Below are positions 25,512 to 38,676 of a stretch of DNA of 64,000 nt, in pieces; position 1 is the first letter of the stretch; the number at the start of each line of letters is the position of its first letter. The translations under genes and the position numbers were made by a program. Origin of the DNA: Basidiobolus meristosporus CBS 931.73 (lineage: Eukaryota > Fungi > Basidiobolomycota); contig MCFE01000370.1 in NCBI GenBank assembly GCA_002104905.1, positions 21,186-85,185 on the forward strand. The letters are read 5' to 3'. Under the pieces are notes generated by a model. The model saw only the letters and a list, made by a program, of their open reading frames with translations, was not told where the DNA came from and did not search any database.

Positions 25512-26318
25512 ATGTCCAACAACATCTGCCGCTTCGAAGACCAAACTCACACCATTGCTGAAGGTGGTGACCATCATGGACACAGCCACGACCACGCCGC
25601 TGCCCATGATCACGGACACACCCATGAGCAATTGGACCATCCTGGTAAATTCAACCAGCGTGATCCCCCTCAATATCACCGTAGAGATTGGAGCGAACGT
25701 GCATTCACCGTTGGTATTGGTGGTCCCGTCGGTTCCGGCAAGACCGCCTTGATGCTCTCCCTCTGCAGAGCTCTTCGTGAGTCCTACAACATTGCCTGTG
25801 TCACCAACGATATCTTCACTAAGGAGGATACCGAATTCTTGGTCCGTAACGAGGCTCTTCCTAGAGAGCGTATCCGTGCCATCGAAACTGGTGGTTGCCC
25901 CCACGCTGCCATCCGTGAGGATGTTTCCGCCAACATGAACGCCTTGGAGGAATTGCACGCCCAGTTCAACTGCGAGCTCTTGTTGATTGAATCTGGTGGT
26001 GATAACCTTGCCGCCAACTACTCCCGTGAATTGGCCGATTACATCATCTACGTTATTGATGTTGCCGGTGGTGACAAGGTCCCTAGAAAGGGTGGACCAG
26101 GTATCACCCAATCCGACCTCCTCGTCATCAACAAGACCGATCTTGCCCCTATTGTTGGTGCTGATTTGGATGTCATGGCCAGAGATGCCAAGAAGATGCG
26201 TGATGATGGACCCACCGTTTTCGCTCAGGTCAAGAACGGACCTGGTTTGCAGGAAATCATTCAACACATCTTGGCTGCCTGGGAGACTAGCGGTGCTAAG
26301 GCTGCCAGCAAGCAATAA
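25512..26318 (+). CDS. ureG: Urease accessory GTPase UreG, eukaryotic type with His-rich N-terminus
   Basis: [46 protein letters not shown] and INKTD motifs; N-terminal [19 protein letters not shown]. Confidence 0.96.
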   Translation: MSNNICRFEDQTHTIAEGGDHHGHSHDHAAAHDHGHTHEQLDHPGKFNQRDPPQYHRRDWSERAFTVGIGGPVGSGKTALMLSLCRALRESYNIACVTNDIFTKEDTEFLVRNEALPRERIRAIETGGCPHAAIREDVSANMNALEELHAQFNCELLLIESGGDNLAANYSRELADYIIYVIDVAGGDKVPRKGGPGITQSDLLVINKTDLAPIVGADLDVMARDAKKMRDDGPTVFAQVKNGPGLQEIIQHILAAWETSGAKAASKQ

Positions 26319-26583
26319 GTTCTGTAATGATGTTCATTGTACATTAAATAATTCGTAATAAAGCCATTCGAACGTCAATATTTCCTTGGATGGTAAACCA
26401 CATTGTTACGTGTTGGCCATGACTTGCGGACGGTTTAGGCTGCCCGTAGCCACTATTCTGGTCGACCTCCAGAAAACATCATGAAGTGCAGAGTGGAGTG
26501 ATGGTTACTTCTTAAGATTCAATGCTTTTATTTATCAGGGTTTAAATTTACACGGGATCTAGAAAACGCCAACCATTTACGGG

Positions 26584-27492
26584 TTACCTAGTCTCTTTGT
26601 CAGCGTGTCTTTGGGCTTCCTTGGCGGCTTGGTTCGCCTTTTCTTGAGGCGATTCATATTTAGCTTTTGGCTTGGGTGGCTCGGCTGGTGTTTTGATTTG
26701 ATTCACTGCGCTCTGTGCGCTGCTCTTCACCCCTCCTGCAACCTCCTCAGCATACTCCTTCACCTGCTCCCCTCTGCTCTTGATCCCTTCACTCACCGAT
26801 CTGGCTGCATCCCCGGCCTCTTTTTGTGCCTTACCAACCACCTTGCCTGCGTACTCTCCGGCCTGACGAAGTGCTGGCTCGGCGTCTCCCATCACCTCAT
26901 TCGCCTTTGCTTGGGCGGATGCTGCTGCATCGGTCGCCTCTCTCTTCACTCCTTCCGCCCCGGCTCTGGCTCCATTCGCTGCTTGATTGGCCCTCAGTTC
27001 TGCCTCGCTGAGTGCCTTGTTCACCCCATGCTTGATCTTCGATTGCTGGCTCTCGACGAACTGCTGGCCAGTCTCCTTTCCTTGCTCCACCCTGGCCTTC
27101 ACCTCGTTCGTCACGTTCTTCGCCTTGATCTGTGTCTGCTCAGCAACCTGGTTGACCGTCTCCGTGGCCTTCTTGGCGACATTCTCGGACTGGTCGATCG
27201 CGTTGGCCAGCTTCTCGCCCGTTGCTTGGTTCAGCTTGTTCGCTGCCTCTTGCACTTTGCTGGCGGTGTTCGACAGAGTCTCTTGGATCTTGGAGACCAC
27301 GGTTTGCTTTTCCTGTGGCAATGATTGGGGTGGGATGGGTTAGCACATGGAAAGGAGGAAGCAAGCGAAGCAAGGACCACTAACCAAGACCTGGGCGTTG
27401 GTGTGGAACAGGCGAGGGGTATTTGCGGAGACTCGCACGGAGGTCAACATCCCGTACTGGGAGAGAGATTGGAGGAAAGTTCTGGATGTCAT
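26584..27492 (-). CDS. LEA-like amphipathic helical protein with predicted mitochondrial presequence, copy 1 (2 exons)
   Basis: ATG 27492 MTSRTFLQSLSQYGMLTSVRVSANTPRLFHTNAQVL, then a phase-0 intron (gttagt…gctaac…ccacag), then EKQTVVSKIQE…; body rich in A/E/K/Q. Confidence 0.8.
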
Positions 27493-28974
27493 ATTTACGA
27501 AAGAAACACTTTACACTCGAGAAGGAAAAATTAACAATGCAGTTGGAGTGGGCATGTTGGTAGTTATATAGGCTCACTCGGTGGGTTCAAGAACTACAAC
27601 GTCACTGCCAGCGTCTGACCGCCACCAACCAAGCCAGTCGTGAATCATCACTCTGTTTGGGTGAAGTCGATTTCTCGAGCCGTGTCGAGTGAATGGTTAC
27701 TCCAGCATGACTGCACCGCCTTTCCCGATTAGGACCTACGTGCGTCAAGATGAACGAAGGGATGATGGTGATTTCGAGGGGACAGATTGGCCAGAGTTTC
27801 GGGACCGGCTCCTACTTTCATGGGTGGTACTCACGTTGTAGGAGGCAACCTTAGCTTCACCTCCAAATTGGTCGACCACTGTGATTTGAATTACCGCCCT
27901 GCCAACTACGCATATACCCTCTGTAAGAGGAGGCTCTCATCATATACGATAGGGTCGGGATTTAGAGTGGTCGATTGCGTGATGCTGATGTATTTCCTAG
28001 TGACGTCAATGGGGATGATGACAGTTAGGTGCTACATTAAAGTGTAGACCCAACGAACCTGACGGAAATGGGATGGAATCATGATGCACGGGTGAGGAGG
28101 TGTCAGGCGCATAAATAATCGGAGGTTGATGGGCAGCATACAGCAATACATCGAATTCATTCCTACAATCACAGCAATATGGCATCCAGAACTTTCCTCC
28201 AATCTCTCTCCCAGTACGGGATGTTGACCTCCGTGCGAGTCTCCGCAAATACCCCTCGCCTGTTCCACACCAACGCCCAGGTCTTGGTTAGTGGCCCTTG
28301 CTTCGCTTGCTTCCTCCTTTCCATGTGCTAACCCACCCCACCCCAATCATTGCCACAGGAAAAGCAAACCGTGGTCTCCAAGATCCAAGAGACTCTGTCG
28401 AACACCGCCAGCAAAGTGCAAGAGGCAGCGAACAAGCTGAACCAAGCAACGGGTGAGAAGCTGGCCAACGCGATCGACCAGTCCGAGAATGTCGCCAAGA
28501 AGGCCACGGAGACGGTCAACCAGGTTGCTGAGGAGACACAGATCAAGGCGAAGAACGTGACGAACGAGGTGAAGGCCAGGGTGGAGCAAGGAAAGGAAAC
28601 TGGCCAGCAGTTCGTCGAGAGCCAGCAATCGAAGATCAAGCATGGGGTGAACAAGGCGCTCAGCGAGGCAGAACTGAGGGCCAATCAAGCAGCGAATGGA
28701 GCCAGAGCCGGGGCGGAAGGAGTGAAGAGAGAGGCGACCGATGCAGCAGCATCCGCCCAAGCAAAGGCGAATGAGGTGATGGGAGACGCCGAGCCAGCAC
28801 TTCGTCAGGCCGGAGAGTACGCAGGCAAGGTGGTTGGTAAGGCACAAAAAGAGGCCGGGGATGCAGCCAGATCGGTGAGTGAAGGGATCAAGAGCAGAGG
28901 GGAGCAGGTGAAGGAGTATGCTGAGGAGGTTGCAGGAGGGGTGAAGAGCAGCGCACAGAGCGCAGTGAATCAAA
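26697..28974. repeat. Large inverted repeat: arms ~26697-27495 and ~28176-28974 (~800 bp, ~99% identical) around a ~680 bp unique spacer
   Basis: The reverse complement of the left arm matches the right arm, including the intron. I found about 7 substitutions by eye. Confidence 0.95.
28001..28008. promoter_or_regulatory. ATF/CREB (CRE) palindrome in the shared divergent promoter of the LEA-like pair
   Basis: Perfect TGACGTCA. A TATA-like TATATAA on the minus strand near 27563-27569 faces the left gene. Function is inferred. Confidence 0.4.
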
Positions 28975-29147
28975 CCAAACCACAAGTAGAGCAGGTCAGA
29001 TCCGCGGTCAATCAAGGTAAAAAGGAAGCAACCAATACGGCGGCCCAAGTTACCGATCAAGCCCGGCAGGCGACCGAAAACGTTCAGCGAAAGGCCAAAG
29101 AGGCAGCCAAGGATGCCAAACACAAGGTAGATGAGTTCGCGCAATGA
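28179..29147 (+). CDS. LEA-like protein with predicted mitochondrial presequence, copy 2 (different C-terminus)
   Basis: ATG 28179 MASRTFLQSLSQ… with the same intron as copy 1; ends …KEAAKDAKHKVDEFAQ*. Confidence 0.8.
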
Positions 29148-29437
29148 GCACACCACCAATGTAATTACACACCGTCATACCATGTAGCAATAAACACAAT
29201 ACAAGGAATACTGTGATATGGAGTATATTAGTTTGGGTAGTTTATATGAATTACCAGACAGTTCGAATTAGAGGATATGTTGAGGTAAGTATTGTTAAAT
29301 GGTAAATGAAGGGACTATCGCATGCAAGTCACGACGTTATTTCAAGATCAACAAGAGAAGTAAAGAAACCAATGGATGATGATGGGACGGAAAGGGTGAA
29401 GGTGAGGGTGTGGGTGATGGTGATGGAAGGGGTGCTG

Positions 29438-32245
29438 TTACAGAAAGCGCACTTCATCCACGCCCATGCTTCTTCTAACCTGGATGATGGAGACTATTTC
29501 TTTGATGGCTTCCTCCAGGATTATGACGTTGTCGACGAGTATACAGATTTCCTCCACTTTTACAGGAGGCGGTGGGATGCCTGCGAAGTCCGGCCCGCCA
29601 TCAGAATCTTGTCCATCAAAGGAATTCATGTTCTGCAAAAAGGAGCCATTGATAGGCACAGCATCGGCACTGGACGGTGCGAACAGGTCATCGTCTTCGT
29701 CGGAGTCCTCATTGATCTTGACCATGGCGGACTTGATCTTGGCCGAGAAGGTTTCTCCGGTATTTCGACTCTCGAACAACGAAGCTCGACGCTCGCTCAA
29801 CAACTGGTCGAAGTTGGGCACTTTGGATCGATAGTAAAGGACGTGCTGCGTGAGAATCCTCAACATCAGAAATATGGTGGGGTTCTTTGCCGGAATCGAT
29901 GAATAGCTGGTTGCGGCGGTGGTAACACTGGCATTGCTGTAGGATTTAATGGATCTACTATCAGGCTCACAACCGTCCTCGCTGCGATCATCTTCCATAT
30001 TCTCTTGATCTTGGAATGAGGTATCCCCCAAGAAGTCTTCCGCTACCGGGGCTTGGGGCCGGATCTCAGTCATCTCCGGGAGAGTCAACCACCCTTCAAG
30101 TGAGCGGCAAGGGCACGACGCCAGCGCAGATATGACTCCCGTCAGAGCCAGATTCAAATCGCAAGAATGGGCGAAGAACCTCGAAAGCAGATTCAGTAAT
30201 ATTTGAATCAGGGCATCGGTTGGTTTAAGACTGTGCTTACAAACGGTGGCTTTCTCGTCTTTTTTGGCGTTTTCTTCTGACAGGGCGCTTGTCATCGTGG
30301 TGTCGTGGGGCTCTTCCTGATTGTTAAGGTACTTGACGTTCGATAGGTTTGGATGCTTCCTATATTTCCTGCCGATTCCCTTCTTTGCCACAAGGTTTCT
30401 ATGTAGACGCTCATGTTCTTCGATCGTAAGCTCCACATCCAACAGGTAATTATCGTATCCCTTGGCCATAGCCATCTGATCGTGGTCCACATCAATGACA
30501 GAAAGCAGCGAAAGATAAAGATCCAAGATGTGAAGATGCGTATCAATGGACGAGAAGCGTTGATGTGGATGGCCTACGGAAAGTTGCTCGTCGCTCGAGC
30601 CCACCATCTCTTCATCCACTTGGACCTCAAGCAAGTCAAGGGATTGCCGACAGTGGTGATTGAGCATCGTATGAAGAAGTTTCAGCGAAGCGGTCACAAC
30701 GTGCTGCGAATTGGATTTACAATTGGTGAAGATGAGATCCTTCATGTTGTAGGGAAGAATGGAAGATGACTCAAATCCAACAGAAACATCAACTGATCCA
30801 ACGCTCGAGTGTAGACTCTCAGCATCGGACTCCTTAACCGCAGTGAGCGAGGGAATTTGCGGGGGAAGCTTGTTGGGCTTTTCGAGCTTCTCCGCCTTTT
30901 CTTCTTCCGGCTCATTTGTACCAGTATTCATCAGGTAGGTGACGATCATGTTATTCAGGTCTTGTTGCGTGATCGACCGAATCAAGACATCTATGTAAGT
31001 GATCACCGCAACGGCAGAGCCGTCGGTATCCGAGCATTCAAGCAAGGAGGGGTACAGGATGTTTTCAAGGAACAGTGTTTTGACATTCGAGAGCAGAGTG
31101 TTGCATATTCCCGAGCTTGGGCAACGGTCAAGGATTTCTTGGGTGAAGTTCAGATATTTCAGGAACAACTCCAGTTGAAATTTAAACTCTGGAGAGGATG
31201 TGGGCTCTGCATCCTCCAGATCCTCCTCGACAGCTGCCACACCATTCTGTCCAAGGCCGTTGTCTCTTGGCTTTCCATCTATGGTGGACGTTACTCGAAG
31301 CTTCCGAGGGAGCTGTGAATAAAAGGCGCCCAAACCAGCGGCAACAATGGTGCAAAAGTCACTGTTCTTGAGGATGAAGTCTCGCAAGGCTCCAGTGGCT
31401 AGCTCGATGATATACAGTACAGAGTGACGCGTATAGTCTCCAGTTTTCCCCTCCTTGTGAATGAACATTAGTAGATACGAAAAGAGAACAAATTCGTATT
31501 CTGCTTTTGGCTCCGAGAGTTTGGAGGGCGAATCTGGTCGGTGTTCAATTTTTGAGAGACTGTAGAGCTTATTGGTAGTCTTCTGGGAAGTTGGTGTGGT
31601 CTTTTGCGGGGTTTTCAGCCATTCTTTATCGTGAAAAAAAATATGAAGCAGCTCGGGATACCCATGAATCTTGTAGCACAGGTTCCGCATGAGCTCCACA
31701 ATCTCTTCAGAGTAAAGCTCATACTGGGTCCTCTCACTCATGCAGCTGTGAAGTAGCTTTAAGGTTGGGGCGTGAACAGCATGGTGAATCAGGAACTTGT
31801 CATCTAGCAAATTTATCATGTTTGAAACAGCTCTAATGGTTTCCCCTCGAATTCCAGGTGGCACATCAGCCTCAGAAAGTTGTACCAGTGAATCGATAAT
31901 GTTGTTCTTCAGGGCATACTCCATGCATGCACCAGTAGTCCCCTCATCAGTTCGAATTTCCTCTTGCACCAAGGTATCTATCATTAACTTTACCAATTCG
32001 GTTAAACTATTATCTTTAATTATCGCCTCTTTCTTTCTGTTTTCCAAGAGCTGGGCCTATCCACCAATGTTGAGAAGGAGGAAAAGTCAACTGTTAGTTG
32101 TGCAGACGAGCAACAATTTGGCCTAAAGAAGAATGCTCACTTGACAGGAAGTCCAGTATTTCTGGAACTTCGCCAGCTGTACAGCGCCTGTGGGTTGCGG
32201 CTTAACACCTATCACTTTTTGTTTGAGCCTTGTAAAATAGTCCAT
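29438..32245 (-). CDS. FHIP: FHIP/FAM160 (RAI16-like; FTS-Hook-interacting) family protein
   Basis: Exon 1 MDYFTRLKQK…FQKYWTSCQ. Motifs LIDTLVQEE…TGACMEYALKNNII, FVLFSYLLMFIHKEGKTGD, FFAHSCDLNLALTGVISALA and DNVIILEEAIKEIVSII. Confidence 0.85.
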
Positions 32246-32518
32246 AACACAACAGGGCCAAGTGGTAGAGGTTGGCTAGATAACGTTCGAATATTCACCA
32301 TCACCAAATAGGTGATTCCAATGTCAACACGATTGATTTTCAATTTGACGGTAATTATCAGGAATTCATGGAGTGAATCAGCACAAATTTGGAGAATATG
32401 TTCGCTTGATTATATGCTGAATCAACCCTATTCAGACAATACGCTTGATTTCGCTCATTTATTTCCACAAAACTAGACAGCGGGTTGATTTTATTCTTCT
32501 AATCATGTTCAAGACAAT

Positions 32519-34050
32519 CTATATTACAGACAAGTCATTTAGCGCCACACAGACAGCTGCTTTGTTGTGGCCGGTGTACTGCCGAATAGTTTCTCCTTTG
32601 GATAGCTCCCATAGGCGCGAAACATGATCCGATGATGCTACAAACCATGAACAACGGTTATCACGAGCACAAAGAGACCTCCAAATATCGTATCAAACCT
32701 GTTACTAAATAGGCAGAGTCGGCCGAGAATGCACAATCCCAAACCCATCGCTGGTGTCCCTGCAATGTTCTTACAGGTTCGAACTTATAATCTGCGGTAT
32801 TCCAGATCTTGACTGTTGTATCGGCTGAGCATGTTGCCAACAATCTGAACAACATAAAGTTAGATATGGGAATGTGGCCATGGCTGCAATAAACAAAATC
32901 TACTTAGTATCAGGGCTGAGTAAAGCTCGAAGTAGATAGGTAGAGTGAGCCGAAAACGTCGCAGTTGGACGCAAGTCCGAAAAGTCGGGATTTGATGTTC
33001 TCCAAACATAGCAATTGCCCTGTGAGAAGTCCCCGAATATAAATCAGTATCAGGTCTTCTCAGTTCGCTGCCTATGGACTTACTTTGTTGTTTCCAGCAA
33101 CCAGCATAGACCCATCACCAGCGACCGTGACTGAGCGAACGGGAACATCCTCCTCAGGTACCTAATGAAACAAGCGTATCAACACGAGGTTGTCAAGTTC
33201 CAAGAAGAGTTGATCTTACAAGCTCGTATGAGCAGCAATTTTCTCCAAGATCCCATATCTTGATGCTTCCATTTTGATCACACGAAACGATCTCTCCTTG
33301 GTTGGGATGAATGGCAACATCGTTCACAGGTCCTTTATGATCATAATTACGTTGGATAGCCGGTGCTCTGCAGTGGGCAAAGTTCAGGAAAACGCTTCAC
33401 TCGAAAGCATGACTTATTCATTACCTGACATCCCAAATTTTTACAGTGCCGTCTTCACTACCAGTGGCCATCCATTTTCCCTCAATATGAAACGCTACTG
33501 AGGTGATGTTACCAGTATGTCCGTCGAAAGAAACCACCTGGCTAGAGTGAGTATTTTCCCATGACTCTATTACAAGTAGAGAGCAACTTACAGGATTGGG
33601 GTTTGTGCTATTGATATCGTAGAGGCGAACATGTTGGTTCCCTAGAACAGAAAGAAATTACGAATCAATTGACTTGAATGATGCAAAAAGAATCAGGAAA
33701 TAACAACCAGCTGCGGCAAGGTATCTTTTGTCTGGTGAGATGCACAATCTGTTTACTTGCTTGAAAAGAAAGAAGCATTAATTAAGGGATTCTAGGAATG
33801 TAACGAAACGCTTCAACACTAACAGAGTCTGGATGTTGAATAGTTCTAGAGCAAACACCGCTGAGAGCCTCCCAAAAACGAATGGTATGATCATAACCAG
33901 CTGTCACCAAGATCACCGAATGCGCCTCTTGCGTGGGTGGTTGCTGCTGCTGCTGTGGATAGTGATGAGCGGTGTTTTTTCTAGACAACAGCGTTAATCA
34001 AAGAACGCGCCTGAGGGGACTGTCTTCGCTCACCTAGAGTAAACGGGCAT
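32519..34050 (-). CDS. LST8: TOR complex subunit LST8 (WD40), many exons
   Basis: [40 protein letters not shown] and C-terminal [15 protein letters not shown]. The ATG at 34050 is inferred via a short first exon. Confidence 0.93.
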
Positions 34051-34354
34051 TGGAAGAAGTTGAAATGATAGTACAAGTACGAAATCAACTTGGTCTTGAT
34101 ACTACGTATTAGTACTTGGTTATTAATGGCTTTAAGAATGGTTGCTCAATAAACCTAATCAAAACCCGGATCAAGTCGAACAATCATTTAAAATCAGCTT
34201 GTATGCACAAGTTAAGTCAACAGATCAGATTAAAAAATGTAGATTTTATTAAACCACTCGTGTGGCCAAGTTACAAATACATGATGATATGTATTAGAGT
34301 GAAGCCCCTCTATATTGTATTGTATACCGCCCATGAATTGCACGAGATGCTGGC

Positions 34355-36413
34355 TTAAATACCAAATCCGCTAAAGTTACTTGCGTACTGCATAGGGCGT
34401 ACATTTGGATGAGGCTAGAGAAACTGTTAGCGCTGTTGAGATTAAAGAAATGTGTCTTCACATACCACAGCCTCGAATGTCTTGTAGGTTAGTTTCAGGT
34501 CAGGAGTGACATTTATGTAAGCCCCCTTGTTGCCCACCGAGTCGCTGTTAAGGAATGGTGAGATGGGTGTTGGACCGACGCGTACTCCAGGTGAAAGAAG
34601 CTTACCAATAGTTGGGTGCTGAGAAAACGGTAACACACTTTCCGTTATGCTCAATAACATAACCATTGTCCTTGACCTCGTGACTACGAATGACAAGATC
34701 TAGAGCAACCAAGTTAGCGTTTAGCCATACAAAGGATGGAGTTTGAAGGGGACCACTCACCCAAATCGTTAGTCTTCAGGAAATTCTCGGTAACATCAGG
34801 GCCGAATTGAAGGCCGACTCCACGCTTGCTAGGGCCACGGCCCATCTGGGGTTGGGGGTCTGACCAGAGCATCTCGCACATAAGACCTTCATGGCCTGGC
34901 TGGGAGAATCTATCGATCTTGCGGATCTCGTCAAGAGTAACGTTGTCTCTGCTAAAGAGTCCTCCGTGGACAACAAAGATTTTGTTTTGGACAACGTGGG
35001 CAAGTGGAAGAACGTTGAAGGTCTCCGTGAACAGCTTGAACATAGTCTCAGAGAACTTGCTCTTGACCTCACCCTCGAAACCATACACCTTGTTCATGTC
35101 AATTGTCTCGTGGTTTCCTCTGGTCATGAACAAAGCACCAGGATACAACCAACGATAGGCAAGCAATGTAAATATAACCTCAAGGGAGAAGCTACCACGG
35201 TCAACAAAGTCACCATTGAAGAGGTAAATGTTGGTGGGCGAGGGTTTCCCGTTGAGCTCGAAGATATTGAGCAGGTCGTAGAATTGGCCTGTGCAGAAAC
35301 CTTGGTGAGACATGATGAACCAGCGAGCTGTATGGTGTGGGATGGTATTTACCGTGAACATCACCGCAGACCGTCAAGGTGGCGTCTTCAGGGATGGAAA
35401 CGTCGACAAGACTGGGCATTTCCTTGAATATCTTCTTGGCTGCCAAAAGGATCTAGCGGTAAAGAAGGTCGATCAGAAGTCCAATGGGTCGTTCGCAATG
35501 CCGAGCAATACCTGATACGAGTACTTCTTGTGGATCTTCTTTTGATTTCTGAAGCGCTCGATCATATCCTCAACGAATTCCAAATCGATCTGGTTATCTT
35601 TGATGTGTGCACCGTCGTATGAAGACTCCACAACTACGCAAAAGTGGTTTCAGTCAGTCTCGGATGATGGGTAAGTTCCAAGTATTGAACAGTCAACCTA
35701 TCGAGTCAACGTCAAGCGAATCCGCCACGCTACGACTCAGCTCATCTACCTCAATGGCTTTTTCGAACTCGATTCTACGAACAATCTTTTCGCATTCGGC
35801 GAGTTTTTTCACGGCATCTGCATCACGAGGTGCTTTTTTCACGACCTAGTATCGTGTCATGTTGGTCAACGCTACAAGGGTTCAGTGGCGATAGCGGACT
35901 TACGATTCTAAAATCTCTCAAACTCTCCTTGAACTTGCACAATGCCATGTTGGCAATACCCCTTCTGTAGTAGCCCTGGATAAAAAAGTCAGCTTACTGC
36001 ACTTACCCCCTACGCTGGGCGCTACCTACCTTCACATAGTTGGGATCTGTCTCGATGGCCTTTTCAGCATCTCTGAGGTAGGGAGAATGTTAGGACGCGC
36101 GACTGAGCTTAGAGGAAGTAAAAGGATGGAACCTGATGGCGTAACCGTAAGCCTCAGTTTTTGTGTGAGCAAGGGCACGGTTAGCGTAATAAGAGGCCAC
36201 AAAAGGATTGGCTTCGATGGCTTCGTTGTATTTTTCGATGGCTTCTTTGTACTTTTTGGCTTGTCGAAGTAGTGTTTAGATCCCTGGGAAACAAAGTGAT
36301 AGGCAACCATAAGACCTACCAGCAAAGAGTTTGTTAGCTTCTCCTTTGACCGCTTCAGCCCTTTCTTTTTCTACGTCTGACACAGCCATTTGGGTGTTCT
36401 GCTCGTTGGACAT
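34355..36413 (-). CDS. PPT1: Ser/Thr protein phosphatase 5 (TPR + PPP domain)
   Basis: N-terminal TPRs ([12 protein letters not shown]…); [26 protein letters not shown] and LWSDPQ motifs; C-terminal [11 protein letters not shown]. Confidence 0.95.
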
Positions 36414-36522
36414 GCTTCCTTTGCCGTAACGTAGGTTCAGGAGCGATTTTTTAGCTCTAGTTTAAAAATACCCAGGCTTACACCATGTCTGCTGAGCGAT
36501 CGGGAAAAAAAAAGCTTCTCAA

Positions 36523-36555
36523 CCACCAATCTGCCACCAATCTGCCACCAATTTG
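36523..36555. repeat. 11-bp tandem repeat x3 (ccaccaatctg), each unit containing CCAAT
   Basis: ccaccaatctg ccaccaatctg ccaccaatttg, about 110 bp upstream of the PPT1 ATG. Confidence 0.8.
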
Positions 36556-36664
36556 CGATTGTAAACTTGACTAAACCTGGCTAAACTGATCTGTGACAGT
36601 GTTTCTCCATTTGGGCAGTATAATACTTACGAAATGTCTATAATTTATTTATTATATATTCATT

Positions 36665-37739
36665 TCAGTCATCAATATCGTAGAGCCCAGTTGTCACAGG
36701 GGCGTTGTGTCTGTAGCTCTCGAACTCACTTTCTGACTGGTCATCCGAGTCCTCGTCAATATAGTTCTCATCGCCATCGTCCTCTACAATCTCCTCGGCA
36801 GAATATGAGGAGGATGGCTCGCTGCTCGATTCATGGAACAGTCTTCTGGCGTTGGCTTCCACTGTGTTCATGACTTCCTCATCGTCTATGCACTCTATCA
36901 GGTCCTCCAACGTCATGTCCAGATCGGCTAACGATGGCTCTAGTAGTCGGAATATTTTGATCGCGTCTTCTTCAGTCAACTCTTCGCCATCCTCCTCCTC
37001 CTCCTCGTCGCTATCACTTTGTTTGTCGGCCTTTTTCATTACCATTGGCTGTTTTCCTTTCTTATTGGCAGAAATATTCCAGTCCCAGAGAGGCACAAAT
37101 GACTCGAAGAATCCGACATCTTCAAATAAGTTAGGGAATATCCAGATGCCAGGCTTACAGATGATGTAGGTAGATACATAGAACGCCAGCCGGATGATGG
37201 AGATGGCCATAAGTAGCCCCAGCAAGCTGATGGCTGTGACAGATAAATACCAAGCACCGTCCCGCATGAAAGCCGGCCAAAGTGGGAACATCACGAAGAA
37301 TAACACCAGAGCCACCAAGCCAATGGCCCCCAAAATGGTTCGAAGTTGGGAGCCTTCATAGAGCCAGACAAAGCAACCGTTCTCGGTAAACTTGCGAACA
37401 GGCATCATAGTCAGGGAGTCCCCGCTCTTGTGACAGCTTGCAATCAGGCCGTGATCCAAAAGCGTTTGAAGCACGCTCTCTGCCTCCTCTCTTGAGGCAA
37501 CCTTGGGCCGAGCCTTATTGGGATAGCCAGCACCTAGTAGGGAGGCGCATGCGCTAGAGCCTGACCACAAACCAGTTTAGTTAGGAGCATAGGCCAGGGA
37601 CGAACGCCCACTTACCTTTGAAGTATTTTACTCTCCTCTCGTTCATGATTCCTTCTTTGACTTTTAGCCCGGATTGCTCCGTTTTCAATAAATAATCCGC
37701 CACCTTTAAGCATTGTTGGAGAACATCTTGGGAAGCCAT
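36665..37739 (-). CDS. SEC62: Translocation protein Sec62 with an acidic C-terminal extension, 2 exons
   Basis: GIMNERRVKYFK|G…, FVWLYEG, two TMs around FPLWP, and GIWIFPNLFEDVGFFESFVPLWDW. Confidence 0.92.
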
Positions 37740-37998
37740 GGGAACGATTTAGGCGCAAGCACAATAAAGTCGATGGAAATGTGACGGCCAATTTATAGGC
37801 ACCCTTCTGTTATTTGACACTTATCGGAGGAATTTGGATTTCATACATCAACATGAAATGGATAGTTTCGTGCTATGCGAAAGGTTTCGACGTTTGATGT
37901 TGGGTTTCCAAACATAGGACGTGTATGCTCAGTGATTTATTCATGGTATACGGAGGGGGGGGGGTAAATATGAAGGCATCTGAAGTTTGCCTGTGTTA

Positions 37999-38676
37999 TC
38001 AAAAATGGTCCAAAGTCATTTGCTTCGCTATATCAGTAGTCTCAACGAACTTACGAAACTCCTCAAAACTTATCTTGCCATCGCCATCCTGATCGGCTTC
38101 CGCGATAGTCTTGTCCACAATTTGCTGTAACCGAATGTCTTTGATATTGTTACCCACCATCATCTTCAACACCAAAAACAGCTCCCCATTGGAGATGTAT
38201 CCATCGCGATCCATGTCATAAACCTTGAAAGCATCTGTGGAGAGGAGGCTTGTGTTAGCATGGTCTTCCTGCAAGCAAGAAACGCCTGTGTTCGGGGGAG
38301 GTGAAGATGCTTACATAGGAGTTTTTCGGATTTATTTCCCTTTGCGCTGAAACTACTCAAGCCGCGAATGAATTCCTCAAAGTCAACATCTCCCCCACCG
38401 TCCTCATCAAGAACAGCGATCATACGTTGAGCCAGAGGGTTCGTGGCAATCTGCGGAAGGGCCAAGAACTCATCTTTGTCAATTGAGCCACTCCCATCCC
38501 TATCTAACTTTTGAAAACGTTTGTAAAGACGCTGAATCTCCTCCGCTGTGACTGAATTTGGAAAGTACAACAAAGGGCAACCATTAGGTGCGTGCCTTAC
38601 GAAGTGTGAGCTACATCCACTTACAGTTGGAGGAGTTCACCATGCTGTCAAGCTGCGCGGACTGATTATTACCCAT
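37999..38676 (-). CDS. CNB1: Calcineurin regulatory subunit B, 3 exons
   Basis: MGNNQS… myristoylation-type start; EF hands [34 protein letters not shown] and [14 protein letters not shown]. Confidence 0.96.
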
